Assembly (NCBI RefSeq): GCF_009914755.1 | Contig: NC_060938.1 | DNA from: the human T2T-CHM13v2.0 reference genome, Homo sapiens | Reading direction: 5' to 3' (one strand) | DNA: 64,000 nucleotides | The notes under the pieces: model-generated | What the model was told of the DNA's origin: nothing | Seen by the model: only the letters and a program-made list of their open reading frames with translations | Database searches by the model: none | Shown here: positions 20,920 through 45,624 of the stretch, in pieces | How the letters are laid out: each line of letters starts with the position of its first letter | How positions within the stretch are numbered: position 1 is the stretch's first letter | Made by a program: the position numbers and the translations under genes

Positions 20920-23900
20920 TCTTTCGTCAAAGGCTGGACAATAGTTATATCTCCTGGATGATCAGTTCAGAAACATGTCAAAATGCTCCCTCCCTGCGTA
21001 GCCTAGAGAAGATTTGCATTATTTGGGTGATCAGTGCAGAGATATATCACAATGTCCCCTGTACAAAAAGCCTGGAAATTATTTACATCACCTCGGTGAT
21101 CAGTGCATAGGTATGTCAGAAATCCCCAGTAGGCTGAACCTAGGCAAGGGTTACAACACTTAGGTGATCAGTGTAGAGATATGTGAAAATTCTCTTGTAG
21201 ACAGAGCCTAGAGAAGTGTTACAACGCCTAGAGATCAGTGCAGGGATAAGTCGTAAAGCCTACTGTAGGCAGATTGTAGAAAAGTGTTTCCTCCCTGTGG
21301 TGATCAGTGCAGTGATATGTCACAAAACTCCTGTAAGCAGAACCTTGACAAGGGTTACATCACCTGTTTGATCAGTGGAAATGTATATCACAAAGCCCCC
21401 TGTAGGCACAGCCCAGACAATTGTTACATCACCTGGGTGAGCAGTGTAGAGATCTGTCACAATGCCTCTGTAGACAGAGCTCAGACAAGTGTTACATCAT
21501 CTGGTTGATCAGTGCAGAGATATGTCAAAACGCTCCTGTAGGCTGAACCTAGACAGAAGTTACATCACCCGGGTGATCAGTGCAGAGATATGTGAGAATT
21601 CCCATGTAGGCAAGGCCTAGACAAGTGTTACATCACCTAGGTTATCAGTAAAGTTATAAGTCATAAAGCCTCCTGTAGGCAGAGCATAGACAAGAGTTCC
21701 CTCCCCAGGTTGATCAGTGCAGAGATGTGTCACAAAGCCCCTGTAGGCAGAGCCTAGACAAGAGTTTCATCACTTGGTTGATCAGTTCAGAGATGTGTCA
21801 CAATGTCCATGAAGGCAGATCTAAGACAAGATCCATCACCTGGGTGATCAGTGCAGAGATATGTACCAAAGTCCCCTGTAGGCAGTGCCTAGACAACATT
21901 TGCATCACCTCAGAGATCAGTGCATAGGTATGGCACAAAGCCATCTGTAGACAAAGCCCATAAAAGGCTTACATCACCTAGGTGAGCAGTGCAGTGATAT
22001 GTCACAAAAATCCCTGTAGACAGAGACTAGACAAGAGTTACATCACCTGGGAGATCCCTGCAGATATTTGACACAATGCCTCCATAGACAGAGCCTAGAC
22101 AAGACTTCCATCACCTGGGTGATCAGTGCAGAGATATGTCACAAATCCCCCTCTAGGCAGAGTATAGAAAAGAGTCCCATCACCTGGATGATCAGTGCAG
22201 AGATATTTCACAATGCCCCCTCTAGGCAGAGAGTGGTCAAGAGTTACATAACCTAGGTGATCTGTGCAGAGCTATGTCTAAACGCCCCTGTAGGCAGAGC
22301 CTAGATAAATGTTACATCACCTGGGTGATCAGTGTTGAGAAACGTCACAATACCCCCTGTAGGTTGAGCCTAGACAAGAGTAACATCACCTGGTTGATCT
22401 GTGCAGAGATATGTCACAAATCCCCTGTAGGCAGAGCCTAAACAAGAGTTACATCACCTGGGTGATCAGTGTTGAGATACATCACAATACCCCCTGTAGG
22501 TTGAGCCTAGACAAGAGTAACATCACCTGGGTGATCAGTGCAAATGTATGTCACAAAGCCCCCTGTAGGCAAAGCCTAGACAATAGTTACATCACTTGGG
22601 TGATCAGTTGTGATATCTCTCACAATTCCCCTGTAGGCAGGGCTTATACAACAGTTACATCACCTGGGTGATCAGTGCAGAGATATGTCACAAAGCCCCC
22701 TTAGGCAGATCCAAGACAAGAGTCTATCACTTGGGTGATCAGTGCAGAAATATGGCACAATGCCCCTTCAGGCAGAGCCTAGACAAAAGCCCCAAAACCG
22801 GGATGATCAGTGCAGTGTTATGTCACAAAATCCCTTTCGGCATATCCTGAAAAAGTGTTACATTACGTGGATGATCAGTGCAGAGATATGTCCCATTGCC
22901 ACTGTAGGCAGAGCCAGGACAAGAGTTAAATGATCTAGCTGATCAATGCAGAGATACATCCCAATGTCCCTGTAGGAAGAGCCTTGACAAGTGGTACATA
23001 ACCTGCGTGATCATTGCAGGGATATATCACAATGCACCCTATAGGCAGATCCTAGAAAAGAGTTACATCACCGTGTGATCAGTGCAGAGATATGCCACAA
23101 TGCCACTGTAGGCAGAGCCTAGAAAAGAGTTACATGACCTAGGTATTCAGTGCAGAGATACATCGCCATGCCCCTATAGGCAGAGCCTTGAAAAGTGGTA
23201 TATCACCTGCATGATCATTGCAGGGATATATCACAAAGCATCCTGTAGGCAGATCCTAGGTAAGAGTTATATCACCTGGGTGATCAGGGCAGAGATATGT
23301 CACACGCCCCCTGTAGGCAGAGCCTAGACAAGAGTTATATCACCTGGGTGATCAGTGCAGTGATATGTCACAATGCCGTGTAGCCAGAGCCTAGACTAAA
23401 GTTACAGCACCTGGGAGATCAGTGCAGAGATATGTCACAATGTCCCCAGTAGGCAGAGACCAGGAAAGAGTTGGATCACCTCGGGATCAGTGCAGAGGTA
23501 TGTCACAATCCCCCTGTGGGCACAGCCTATACAAGAGTTACATCACCTCGGTTAACAGTGCAGAGATATGTCAAAATGCCCCTGTAGGCAGAGCCTACAC
23601 AAGTGTTACATCACTCAAGTGATCAGTGCAGAGATATGTCACAATACCACTTGTAAGCAGAGTCTAGCTAAGAGTTACATCACCTGGGTGATCAGTGCAG
23701 AGATATGTGACAAGGCCCCTATAAGCAGCGCCTAGACCAGAGTTACATCAACTGGATGAACAGTGCAGAGATATGTCACAATGCCCCCATAGGCAAATCC
23801 AAGACAAGAGTCCGTCTCCTGGGTGATCAGTGCAGAAATATGTGACAACGCCTCCAGTAGGCAGAGCCTACAGAAAAGTCCCCTCACCTGGGTGATCAGT

Positions 23901-24390
23901 GTAGAGATATTTCACAATGCCCCTGCAGCAGAGCATAAGCAATAGTTACATCACCTACATGATCAGTGCAGAAATATGTCACAAGGCCCCCTACAGGCAG
24001 AGCCTGGAGAAGAGTTACATCACCTTGGTGATCAATGCAGTGATATGTCACTATGTCCCGTAGGTAGAACATAGTCAAGCGTTACATCACGTGGGTGATC
24101 CGTGCAGGGATATGTCACAAAGCCCCCATACACAGAGCCTAGACAATAGTCCCATCACCTGGGTGATCAGTGAAGAAATATGGCACAATGCCCCCATAGG
24201 CAGATCCAACACAAGTGTTACATCACCTGGGTGATTAGTGTAAAGATATGTCGCAGTTCCCCCATAGGCAGAGCCTAGACAACAGTCCCATCACCTGGGT
24301 GATCAGTGCAGAGATATGTGCCAAAACCCCTGTAGGCAGAGACTAGGAAAGTGTTACATCACTTTGTTGATCAGTTCAGAGATGTGTCAT
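20920..24390 (+). repeat. Beta-satellite block 3 (~51 monomers)
   Basis: 68-bp tandem repeat. Confidence 0.97.
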
Positions 24391-28166
<3,776 letters not shown>

Positions 28167-30478
28167 GTGACACATCTCTGAACTGATCAAGAAATTGATG
28201 TAACTCTTGTCTAGGCTCTGCCTACAGGGGCTTTGTGACATATCTCTGCACTGATCACCCAGGTGATGGGACTTTTGTCTAGGCTCTGTCTATGGGTGCA
28301 TTGTGATATATCTCTGCACTGATCACCCAGGTGATGTCACTTTGTCAAGGATATGGCTAGAGGGATATTGTGACATATCACTACACTTATCACACAGCTG
28401 ATGTAACATTTGTCTAGGCTCTGGCTATAGGGGGCTTGTGACTCATCCCTGCACTGTTCACCCATGTGATGTAACCATAGTATAGGCTCTGCCAAAAGGG
28501 GCATTGCGAAATAACTCTGCACTGATCACACAGGTGAAGGGACTCTTGTCTAGGCTCTGCCTAGAGGGGTATTGTGACATATCTCTTCATTGATCACGCA
28601 GGTGATGTAACTCTTGTCTATATCTGCCTACTGGTGGCATTGTGGCGTATTTCTGCACTGATCACCCAGGTGATGGACTCTTGTTTGGATCTGCCTATGG
28701 GGGCATAGTGACATAGCTCTGCACTGATCACTCATGTGATGTAATGCTTGTCTAAGCTGTGCCTAAAGGGGAATTGTGACCGATATCTCCACTGATCACC
28801 CAGGTGATGTAACACTTTTCTGTGATTTGTCTACAGGTGGCTTTGTGACATATCTTTACACTGATAACCCAGGAGATGTAACTCTTATCTAGGCTCGGCC
28901 TACAGGGGCTTTGTGACATATCTCTGCACTGATCACCCAGGTGATGTAACTCTTCTCTAGGCTTCACCTACTGGGGGTATTGTGACGTATCTGTGCGCTG
29001 ATCACCCAGGTGATGTAACTCTTTTCTAGGCTCCACCTACAGGGGGTATTGTGACGTATCTCTACCCTGATCACCCAGGTGATGTAACATTCATCTAGCC
29101 TCTGCTTACAGGGTCATTTTGACATAGCTGTGCACAGATCACCTAGGATATGTAACTCTTGTCCACTCTCTGCCTACAGAGGGCATTGTGAAATATCTCT
29201 GCTCTGATCACCCAGGTGATGGGACTCTTCTCTATACTCTGCCTAGAAGGGGATTTGTGACATATCTCTGAACTGATCACCCAGGTGATGGAAGTCTTGT
29301 CTAGGCTCTGTCTATGGGGGCATTGTGTCAAATATCTGCACAGATCACCCGGGTGATGTAACTCTTCTCTAGGCTCTGTCTACAGGGATTTTTGTGACAT
29401 ATCACTGCACTGATCACCTAGGTGATGTAAGCCTTGTACGGGCTTTGCCTACAGAATGCTTTGTGACATATCTATGCACTGATCTCTGAGGTGATGCAGC
29501 TCTTGTCTAGGCACTGCCTACAGGGGACATTGGTACATATCTCTGCACTGATCACCCAGGTGATGGACTCTTGTCTTAGATCTGCCTACATGGTCATTGT
29601 GACACATCTCTGAACTGAACAACAAAGTGATGAAACTCTTGTCAAGGCTCTGCCTACAGAGGCTTTGTGACACATCTCTGCACTGATCACCCTGGAGCAG
29701 AACACTTTTCTACGCTCTACCTACAGGAGCCTTTATGTCTTTTACCTGCACTGATTACTTAGGTGTTGTAACACTTGTCTAGACTCTGCCTACGTGGTAA
29801 TTCCACATATCTCTGCACTGATCACCCGGGTGATGTAATTCTTTTCTAGGTTCAGCCTACAGGAGTGTTGTGACATATCTCTGCACTGATCACCCAGGTG
29901 ATGTAACCCTTGTCTAAGCTCTGCATACAGGGGCATTGTGACAGATCTCTCCACTGCTCACCCAGGTGATGTAACATTTGTCCGTTCTTTGTCTACAAGG
30001 GGCTTTGGGATATTCATTTCTACTGATCAAACAGGTGATGTAACCCTTGTCAAGGTTCTGCTTTCAGGGGCTTTGTGACATATCTCTGCACTGATCATCC
30101 CTGGGAGGAAACTCTTGTCTACACTCTGCCTACAGGAGACTTTACGACTTATCCCTGCACTGATCACTAGGTGATGGAACACTTGTCTAGGCTCTGTCTA
30201 CAGGGGAATTTTCACATATCTCTACACTGATTACCTAAGTGATGTAACCCTTGTCTAGGTTCAGCCTACTGGGGATTTCTGACATACCTATGCACTGATC
30301 ACCGAGGTGATCAAAATCATTTACAGGCTTTTTGTACAGGGGACATTTTGATATATCTCCGTACTGATCACCCAAATGATGCAAATCTTCTCTAGGCTCT
30401 GCAGGGAGGGGGCATTGTGACATATTTCTGAACTGATCATCCAGGAGATGTAACTATTCTCCAGGCTTTGACTAAAGA
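28167..30478 (-). repeat. Beta-satellite block 4 (~34 monomers, inverted)
   Basis: Reverse complement of the 68-bp monomer. Confidence 0.97.
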
Positions 30479-32928
<2,450 letters not shown>

Positions 32929-35900
32929 ATGACACATCTCTGAACTGATCAACAAAGTGATGTTACTCTTGTCTAGGCTCTGCCTACAGGGACTTTGAGA
33001 CATATCTCTGCAGTGATGACCCAGGTGATGGGACATTTGTCTAGGCTCTGCCTGTGGGGGCATTGTGACATATCTCTACACTGATCCCCCAGGTGATGTA
33101 ACTCTTGTGTTGGATCTGCCTATGGGGGCATTGGGACATATTTCTGCACTGATCACCCAGGTGATGGGACTCTTGGCTACGCTCTGTATATGGGGGCTTT
33201 GTGACATATCTCTGCACTGATCACCCAGCTGATGTAACGCCTGACTAGGTTCTGCCAACGGTGCATAGTGACATATCACTGCATTGATCACCGAGGTGAT
33301 GCAACTCTTGCCCAGGCTCTGCCTATATGGGGCCTTGTGATAAATCCCTGCACTGATCTTCTAGGTGATGTAACTCTCGCTTACGCTCTGCCTGAAGGGG
33401 CATTGTGAAATATCTCTGCGCTGATCACCCAGGTCATGGAACTCTTCCCTAGGCTGTGCCTCCTGGGGTCATTGTCACATGTTTCTGCAATGATCACCCA
33501 AGTGACGGACTCTTGTCTTGGATTTGCCTATGGGGGCATTGTGACATATCTCTGCACTGATCACTCAGGTGATGTAAGTCTGGTCTAAGCTCTTCCTAAA
33601 GGGGAATTTTGACAGATCTCTGCACTGATCACTGAGGTGATGTAAATATTGTCTAGCCTCTGCTTAAAGGGGCCTTGTCACATGTCTCTGAACAGATCAC
33701 CCAGGAGATGTAACTATTGTCTAGGCTCTGCTTACAGGGGGTATTGTGACATATCTAGGCATTGATCACCTGAGTGATGTAACACTCGTGTAGGCTCTGC
33801 CTACAGGGACATTTTGACATATCTCTGCACTGTTAACTGAGCTGATGTAACTCTTATCTAGGCTGTGCCCACAGGGGGATTGAGACATATCTTTGCACTG
33901 ATCCCGAGGTGATCCAACTCTTGCCTGGTCTCTGCCTACTGGGGACATTGTGACATATCTCTGCTCTGATCTCCCAGGTGCTATAACATTAGTCTAGGCT
34001 CTGGCTACATGGCATTGTGATATATCACTACACTGATCACCCAGGTGATATAACTCTTCCGTAGGCTCTGCCTACAGGGGGCTTGTGATATATATCTGCA
34101 CTGATCACCCAGGTGATATAACTCTTCTCTAGGATCTGCCTACAGGGTGCTTTGTGACATAATCCTGCTATGATCATCCAGGTGATATACCACTTTTCAA
34201 GGCTCTGCCTAAAGGGGCATTGCAATGTATCTCTGCCCTGATCACCTAGGTCATGTAACTCTTGTCTAGGCTCTGCCTACAGTGGCATTGTGACATATCT
34301 CTACACTGATAACCTAGGTGATGTAACTGTTTTCTAGGATCTGCCTACAGGGTGCTTTGTGACATATCCCTGCAATGATCATCCAGGTTATGTACCACTT
34401 GTCAAGGTTCTGCCTAAAGGGACATTGCGATGTATCTCTGCACTGATCACCTCGGTCATGTAACTCTTGTCTAGGCTCTGCCTATGGGGGCATTGTGACT
34501 TATCCCTGCACTGATCACCCAGGAGCTGTGACTCTTGTCTAAGCTCTGCCTAGAGGGACATTTGGACATATCTCTGCACTGATCGCTGTGGTGATGTAAA
34601 ACATTTGTAGGCTTTGCCTACAGTGGGATTTATGACGTATCTCTACACTGATTACCGAGGTGATGTAACCCTTGTCTAGGCTCTGCTTACAGGGGGTATT
34701 GTGAGTTATCTCTGCACTGATCACCCAGGTGATTCATCTCTTGTCCAGGATCTGCCTACAGGGGGTATTGTGAAATATATCTGCACTGATTAACTAGGTG
34801 ATGTAACTCTTGTCCAAGCTCTGCCTACAGGGGACATTGTGACATATTTCTGCACTGATCAACCAGGTGATGCAACTCTTCTTTATGCTCTGCCTACAGG
34901 GGATATTGTGACATATCTCTGCACTGATCACCCAGGTGATGAAACTGTTTTCTAGTCTCTGCCTACAGAGGGCGTTGTGACATCACTCTGCACGCACCAC
35001 CCGGGTTATGTAACTCTTGTCTAGGCTCTGCCTATGGGAGCATTGTGACTTATCTCTGCACTGATCACCCAGGAGTTGTGACTGTTGTCTAAGCTCTGCC
35101 TAGAGGGACATTGGGACATATCTCTGCACTGATCGCTGAGGTGATGTAAAACTTCTCTAGGCTTTGCCTACAGTGGGATTTATGACATACCTCTGCATGG
35201 ATCACCCTGGTGATGTAACTCTTGTCTAGGCTCTGCTTACAGGGGGTATTGTGAGTTATCTCTGCACTGATCACCCAGGTTATGTAACTCTTCTCTACAC
35301 TCTGCCTACAGGGGTATTTTCACATATCACTGCAGTGATCACCGAGATGATGTAACTCTTGTATAGGCTTCGCCGACAGGGGTCGTTGAGACATATCTCT
35401 GCACTGATCACCAAGGTGATGCAACTCTTGTCTGGGATCTGCTTACAGGGGGCATTGAGACATATCTCTGCCCTGATCACCCAGGTGATGTAATTCTTGT
35501 CTAGGCTCTGCCTACTGGAGACATTGTGACATATCTCCGCACTGATCACCCAAGTGATGTCACTTTTGTCAAGGATATGGCTACAGGGACATTGTGACAT
35601 GTCACTGCACTGATCACACAGCTGATGTATCACTTCCCTAGGCTCTGGCTACAGGGGGCTTGTGACACATCTCTGCACTGATCACCCAGGTGATATAACC
35701 CTTGTTTAGGCTCTGCCAAAAGGGGCATTGTGACATAACTCTGCACTGATCACCCAGGTGATGGGACACTTGTCTAGGCTCTGCCTACAGGGGCATTGTG
35801 ACATATCTCTGCAGTGATCACACAGGTGACGTAACTCTTGTCTATATCTACCTACTGGTGACATTGTGGCATATTTCTGCACTGATGACCCAGGTGATGG

Positions 35901-37676
35901 ACTCTTGTCTTGGATCTTCCTATGGGCGCATAGTGACATATCTCTGCACTGATCATTCATGTGATGTAACGCTAGTCTAAGCTGCGCCTAAAGGGTAATT
36001 GTGACAGATATCTCCACTGATCACCCAGGTGATGTAACAACTTTCTGGGATTTGTCTACAGGGGGCTTTGTGACATATCACTGCACTGTTCACCCAGGAG
36101 ATGTAACTCTTGTCTACGCTCGGCCTACAGGGTCTTTGTGACATATCTCTGTACTGATCACCCAGGTGATGTAACTCTTGTCTAGACTCCACCTACAGGG
36201 GGTATTCTGACGTATCTCAGCACTGATCACCCAGGTGATGTAATATTTACATAGGCTCTGCCCGCAAGGGCATTTTGACATAGCTCTGCACAGATCACCT
36301 AGGTTATGTAACTCTTGTCCTCTCTCTGCCTACAGGGGACATGGTGAAATATCTCTGCACTGATCACCCAGGTGATGGGACTCTTCTCTATGCTCTGCCT
36401 AGAGGGGATTTGTGACATATCTCTGCACTGATCGCCCAGGTCATGGAAGTCTTGTCTAGGCTCGGTCTATGGGGGCATTGTGTCAAATATCTGCACTGAT
36501 CACCCAGGTGATGTAACTCTTGTCTAGGCTCTGTCTACAGGGATTTTTGTGACATATCACTGCACTGATCACTTAGGTGATGTAAGCCTTGTTTGTGCTT
36601 TGCCTACAGAAGGCTTTGTGACATATTTATGCACTGATCTCTGAGGTGATGCAACTCTTGTCTAGGCACAGCCTAAAGGGGACATTGGTACATCTCTCTG
36701 CACTGATCACCCAGGTGATGGACTCTTGTCTTAGATCTGCCTACATGGACATTGTGACACGTCTCTGAACTGATCAACCAAGTGATGAAACTCTTGTCTA
36801 GGCTCTGCCTACAGGGGCTTTGTGACACATCTCTGCTCTGATCACCTGGGGAGGGAACGGTCTTCTACGCTCTGCCTACAGGAGGCTTTATGACTTATGC
36901 CTGCACTGATAACCTAGGTGATGTAACACTTGTCTAGACTCTGCCTACACGGGAATTCTCACATATCTCTGCACTGATCACACGGGTGATGTTACTCCTC
37001 TCTAGGTTCCGCCTACAGGAGCGTTTTGACATATCTCTGCACTGATCACCCAGGTGATGTAACCCTTGTCTAATCTCTGCCTACAGGGGCATTGTGACAG
37101 ATTACTCCACTGCTCACCCAGGTGATGTAACAATTGTCTGTGCTTTGCCTCCAGGAGACTTTGTGATATACATTTCCCCTGATCAAACAGGTGATGTAAC
37201 ACTTCTCAAGGTACTGCTGACAGAGGCTTTGTGACATATCTCTGCTCTGATCACCCCAGGGAGGAAACAATTGTCTACACTGTTCCTACAGGAGGCTTTA
37301 TGACTTATCCCTGCACTGATTGCTAGGTGATGGAACACTTGTCTGGCCTCTGTCTACACAGGAATTTTCACATATCTCTACACTGATCACCTAAGTGATG
37401 CAACCCTTGTCTAGGTTCTCTACACTGATCACCTAAGTGATGCAACCCTTGTCTAGGTTCAGCCTAATGGGGATTTCTGACATACCCATTCACTGATAAC
37501 TGTGGTGATGTAAATCATTTCCAGGCTTTTTGTACAGGGGACATTGTGATATATCTCTGCCCTGATCACCCAAATGATGCAAATCTTCTCTAGGCTCCGC
37601 AGGGAGGGGGCAATGTGACATATTTCTGAACCGATCATCCAGGAGATGTAACTATTTTCCAGGCTTTGACTAAAGA
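32929..37676 (-). repeat. Beta-satellite block 5 (~70 monomers, inverted)
   Basis: 68-bp tandem repeat. Confidence 0.97.
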
Positions 37677-37786
37677 GCGTCAGAAGGTGTTGGGAGAACC
37701 TCAGCCAGAATTTCACAGAGGGTCAAGGGCACAGAGAGGCGAGCTGGCTCCTTGCATGTCAGCAGGGGTGTGCAATGAGTGCAGGT
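37610..37786 (-). other. pLAM/exon-3-like segment G (no ATTAAA)
   Basis: rc: gctag|acctgcac...gaaatatGTCACAttgcc. Confidence 0.75.
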
Positions 37787-38376
37787 CTAGCAAGGAGGCT
37801 GGCAAAGAGAGCTAGAGGTCTTCGTTCCACTGCCAGGCACTCCACTGTGGCACCTGGGAGGCTGCAGAGGCACGGGCGGGCCGGCAATGGTGGCGGGGAG
37901 ACGCGCATGAGGCGAGCCACTGGAGGGGTGTCAGGACTGGATGCTGCATGGGCCTGGTGTTTCGCGGGATGGGGGTCTCCACCCAGCCCAGGGGAGGATG
38001 CATTTTCGGGGGTGGTTGGTGGGGGTGGGGTGGGGGTGGTCAGGCGGGGGTGGGGTGGTGGAAAGGCATGAAGGCTTTGCCCGGGCTGCTTCCACATCCC
38101 AGGCGGCTGCCCGCAAACCCGCGCATGCGCAGTAGGTGGCCCACCTGCTGGTACCTGTGCTGGATCTGGGATCCTCGGGATGTGCAGGAAAGAATGGCAG
38201 TTCTCTGCTCTGTGGACTCTCTCACTGGGCCTAGACCTAGAAGGCAGGAATCCCAGGCCAGTCAGCCCGGTGGAGGTGGTGGGTGGAAGACACGCCCCTC
38301 CATAGCCAGTCAGGTGTTCCCCGCGAAAGAGAGGCCACCGCCCTGCCCCGACCTGACCCCGTCCCAACCCCGCGAC

Positions 38377-39644
<1,268 letters not shown>

Positions 39645-39778
39645 CGCGGGGAGCCCGGGCCGGAATTTCAAGGACGGTCAGGGGCAGAGAGAGGCCGGCG
39701 GGTTCCCGTGCACCTCAGCCAGCCTGTGCACTGCAGCAGGTGCAGCCAGGAGGCCTGTCCGGACAGCCAGCCAGCGGC

Positions 39779-39832
39779 TCTTATAAAGGCTCACAGGCAG
39801 GCAGGCTCCACCCCTTCATGAATGGCGGTGAG
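39779..39832 (-). promoter_or_regulatory. DUX promoter of unit G: DBE/YY1 core, GC box and TATAA all intact
   Basis: rc: ctcaccgccattcatgaaggggtggagcctgcctgcctgtgagcctttataaga. Confidence 0.7.
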
Positions 39833-40438
39833 ACCTGGGACAGCCCGCCCCACCCCGGAAGGGTCCCAGGGGGTCGAGACCTGCAGCCGCTGGGGTTGTG
39901 GGGTGGGGGTGAGGGTGTGGTGATGGTGGTGGTGGGGCCGGAAAGATGAAGAGGAAGGGGGCGAGGTGGAAGAGGGAGGGGGGTGCGATTGAGGGGCTGG
40001 CTCTCCGGACCTCTCAAGGAATCCCACGGGAACAGGAAACCACTCTCTGGGCTCCCACCCGTCTTCTGCAGGGAGAAACCGGCCTGGGAGTGTGGATGGG
40101 AGTGTGGAACTGAATTTCCATGGGAGTCTTGAGTGTTCCTGGCCCTCTCTCCGTGAAGGAGGCAGTGCCGGAGGGTGTCACCGTTGCCAGGACAGTGTCA
40201 CACATGCAGGCTTGTGGCTCTCTTTCATTTCCACGTAGGAGACCAGAGCAAGACCCCAGAGAGAAGATGCCTCCCCGGCGTGATGGCCTGACGATGGATT
40301 CCCATGTGCAGCAACATGGGGAGTGTGCAGTGTGGCCGTCTTGGAAACTGGCAAGGAGAGCGAAGGCACCATGCCGGAATTCCACACTTCCCTGCATGCT
40401 TCCGTGTGCCCGCAGAGCTCCGGGAGCAAACAGTCAGC

Positions 40439-43024
40439 ATGACACATCTCTGAAAAGATCAACAAAGTGGTGTAACACATGTCTAGGCTCTGCCTACAGG
40501 AGCTTTGTGACATATCTCTGCACTGATCACCCAGGTAATGGGACTTTTGTCTAGGCTATGCCTATGGGGACGTTGTGACATATCTCTACACTGATCACCC
40601 AGATGATGTAACTCTTGTGTTGTGTCCGCCTATGGGGGCATTGGGACATATTTCTGCACTGATCATCCAGGTGATGGGACTCTTGTCTAGGCTCTGTGTA
40701 TGTGGGCTTTGTGACATATCTCTGCATGGATCCCCCAGGTGATGTAACTCTTGTCTAGGCTCTGCTTACAGGGGGTATTGTGAGATATCTCTGCACTGAT
40801 CACCCAGGTGATGTAACTCTTGTCTAGGCTCTGCCTACACGGGCATTTTGATGTATCACTGCACTGATCACTGAGATGATCTAACTGTTGTATAGGCTTC
40901 ACTGACAGGGGGCATGGAGACATATCTCTGCCCTGATCACCCAGGTGATGAAACTCTTGTCTAGGCTCTGCCTACTGGAGACATTGTGACATATCTCTGC
41001 ACTGATCACCCAGGTGATGTCACTTTTGTCAAGGATATGGCTACAGGGACATTGTGACATGTCACTGCACTGAACTCACAGTTGATGTAACCCTTGTCTA
41101 GGCTCTGCCAAAAGGGGGCGTTGGGACATAACTCTGCACTGATCACCCAGGTGATGGGACTCTTGTCTAGGCTCTGCCTAAAGGGGCATTGTGATATATC
41201 TCTGCAGTGATCACGAAGGTGATGTAACTCTTGTCTATATCTGCCTACTGGAGGCATTGTGGCATATTTCTGCACTGATCACCCAGGTGATGGACTCTTG
41301 TCTTGGATCTGCCTATGGGGGCATAGTGACATATCTCTGCACTGATCACTTATGTGATGTAAAGCTCGTCTAAGCTGCGCCTAAAGGGGAATTGTGACAG
41401 ATATCTCCACTGATCACCCACGTGATGTAACAATTTTTTGGGACTTGTCTACAGGGGGCTTTGTTACATATCTTTGCACTGATCACCCAGGAGATGTAAC
41501 TGTTGTCCAGGCTCGGCCTACAGGGGCTTTGTGACATATCTCTGCTCAGATCACCCAGGTGATGTAACTCTTGTCTAGGCTCCACCTACAGGGGGTGTTG
41601 TGACGTATCTCTGCACTGATCACCCAGGTGGTGTAACATTTATCTAGGCTCTGCCTACAGGGGCGTTTTGACATACCTCTGCACACATCAACTAGGTTTT
41701 GTAACTCTTGTCCACTCTCTGCCTAGAGGGGGCATTGTGAAATATCTCTGCACTGATCACCCAGGTGATGGGACTCTTCTCTATACTCTGCCAAGAGGGG
41801 ATTTGTGACACATCTCTGCACTGATCACCCAGGTGATGGAAGTCTTCTCTAGGCTGTCTATGGGGGCATTGTGTCAAATTTCTGCACTGATCACCCAGGT
41901 GATGTAACTCTTGTCTAGCCTCTGTCTACAGGGATTTTTTGACATATCACTGAACTGATCACCTAGGTGATATAAGCCTTGCATGGGCTTTGCCTACAGA
42001 AGGCTTAGTGACATATTTATGCACTGATCTCTGAGATGATGCAACTCTTGACTAGGCACTGCCTACAGGGGACATTGGTACATCTCTCTGCACTGATCAC
42101 CGAGGGATGGACCCTTGTCTTAGATCTGCCTACATGGACATTATGACACATCTCTGAACTGATCAACGAAGTGATGAAACTCTTGTCTAGGCTCTGCCTA
42201 CAGCGGCTTTGTGACACATCACTGCACTGATCACCCTGGGGAGGGAACTCTTGTCCACGCTCTGCCTACAGGAGGCTTTATGATTTATACCTGCACTGAT
42301 AACTTTGGTGATGTAACACTTGTCTAGGCTCTGCGTACAAGGGAATTCTCACATATCTCTGCACTGATCACACGGGTGATGTAACTCCTGTCTAGGTTCA
42401 GCCTACAGGAGCATTTTAACATATCTCTGCACTGATCACCCAGGTGATGTAACCCTTGTCTAAGTTCTGCCTACAGGGGCATTGTGATAGATCTCTCCAC
42501 TGCTCACCCAGGTGATGTAAAAATTATCTGGGCTTTCCCTACAGGGGGCTTTGTGATATACATTTCCACTGATCAAACAGGTGATGTAACCCTTGTCAAG
42601 ATTCTGCTTACAGGGGATTTGTGACATATCCCTGCACTGATCACCCCAGGGAGGAAACACTTGTCTACACTCTGCCTACAGGAGGCTTTACGACTTATCC
42701 CTGCACTGATCACTAGGTGATGTAACACTTGTCTGGCCTCTGTCTACACAGGAATTTTCACATATCTCTACACTGATCACCTAAGTGATGGAACCCTTGT
42801 CTAGGTTCAGCCTAGTGGTGATTTCTGACATACCTATGCACTGATCACCGTGGTGATGTAAATCATTCCCAGGCTATTTTTACAGGGGATATTGTGATAT
42901 ATCTCTGCACTGATCACCCAAATGATGCAAATCTTCTCCAAGCTCTGCAGGGAGGGGGCATTGTGACGTATTTCTGAACTGATCATCCAGGAGATGTAAC
43001 TATTCTCCAGGCTTTGACTAAATA
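40439..43024 (-). repeat. Beta-satellite block 6 (~38 monomers, inverted)
   Basis: 68-bp tandem repeat. Confidence 0.97.
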
Positions 43025-45624
<2,600 letters not shown>

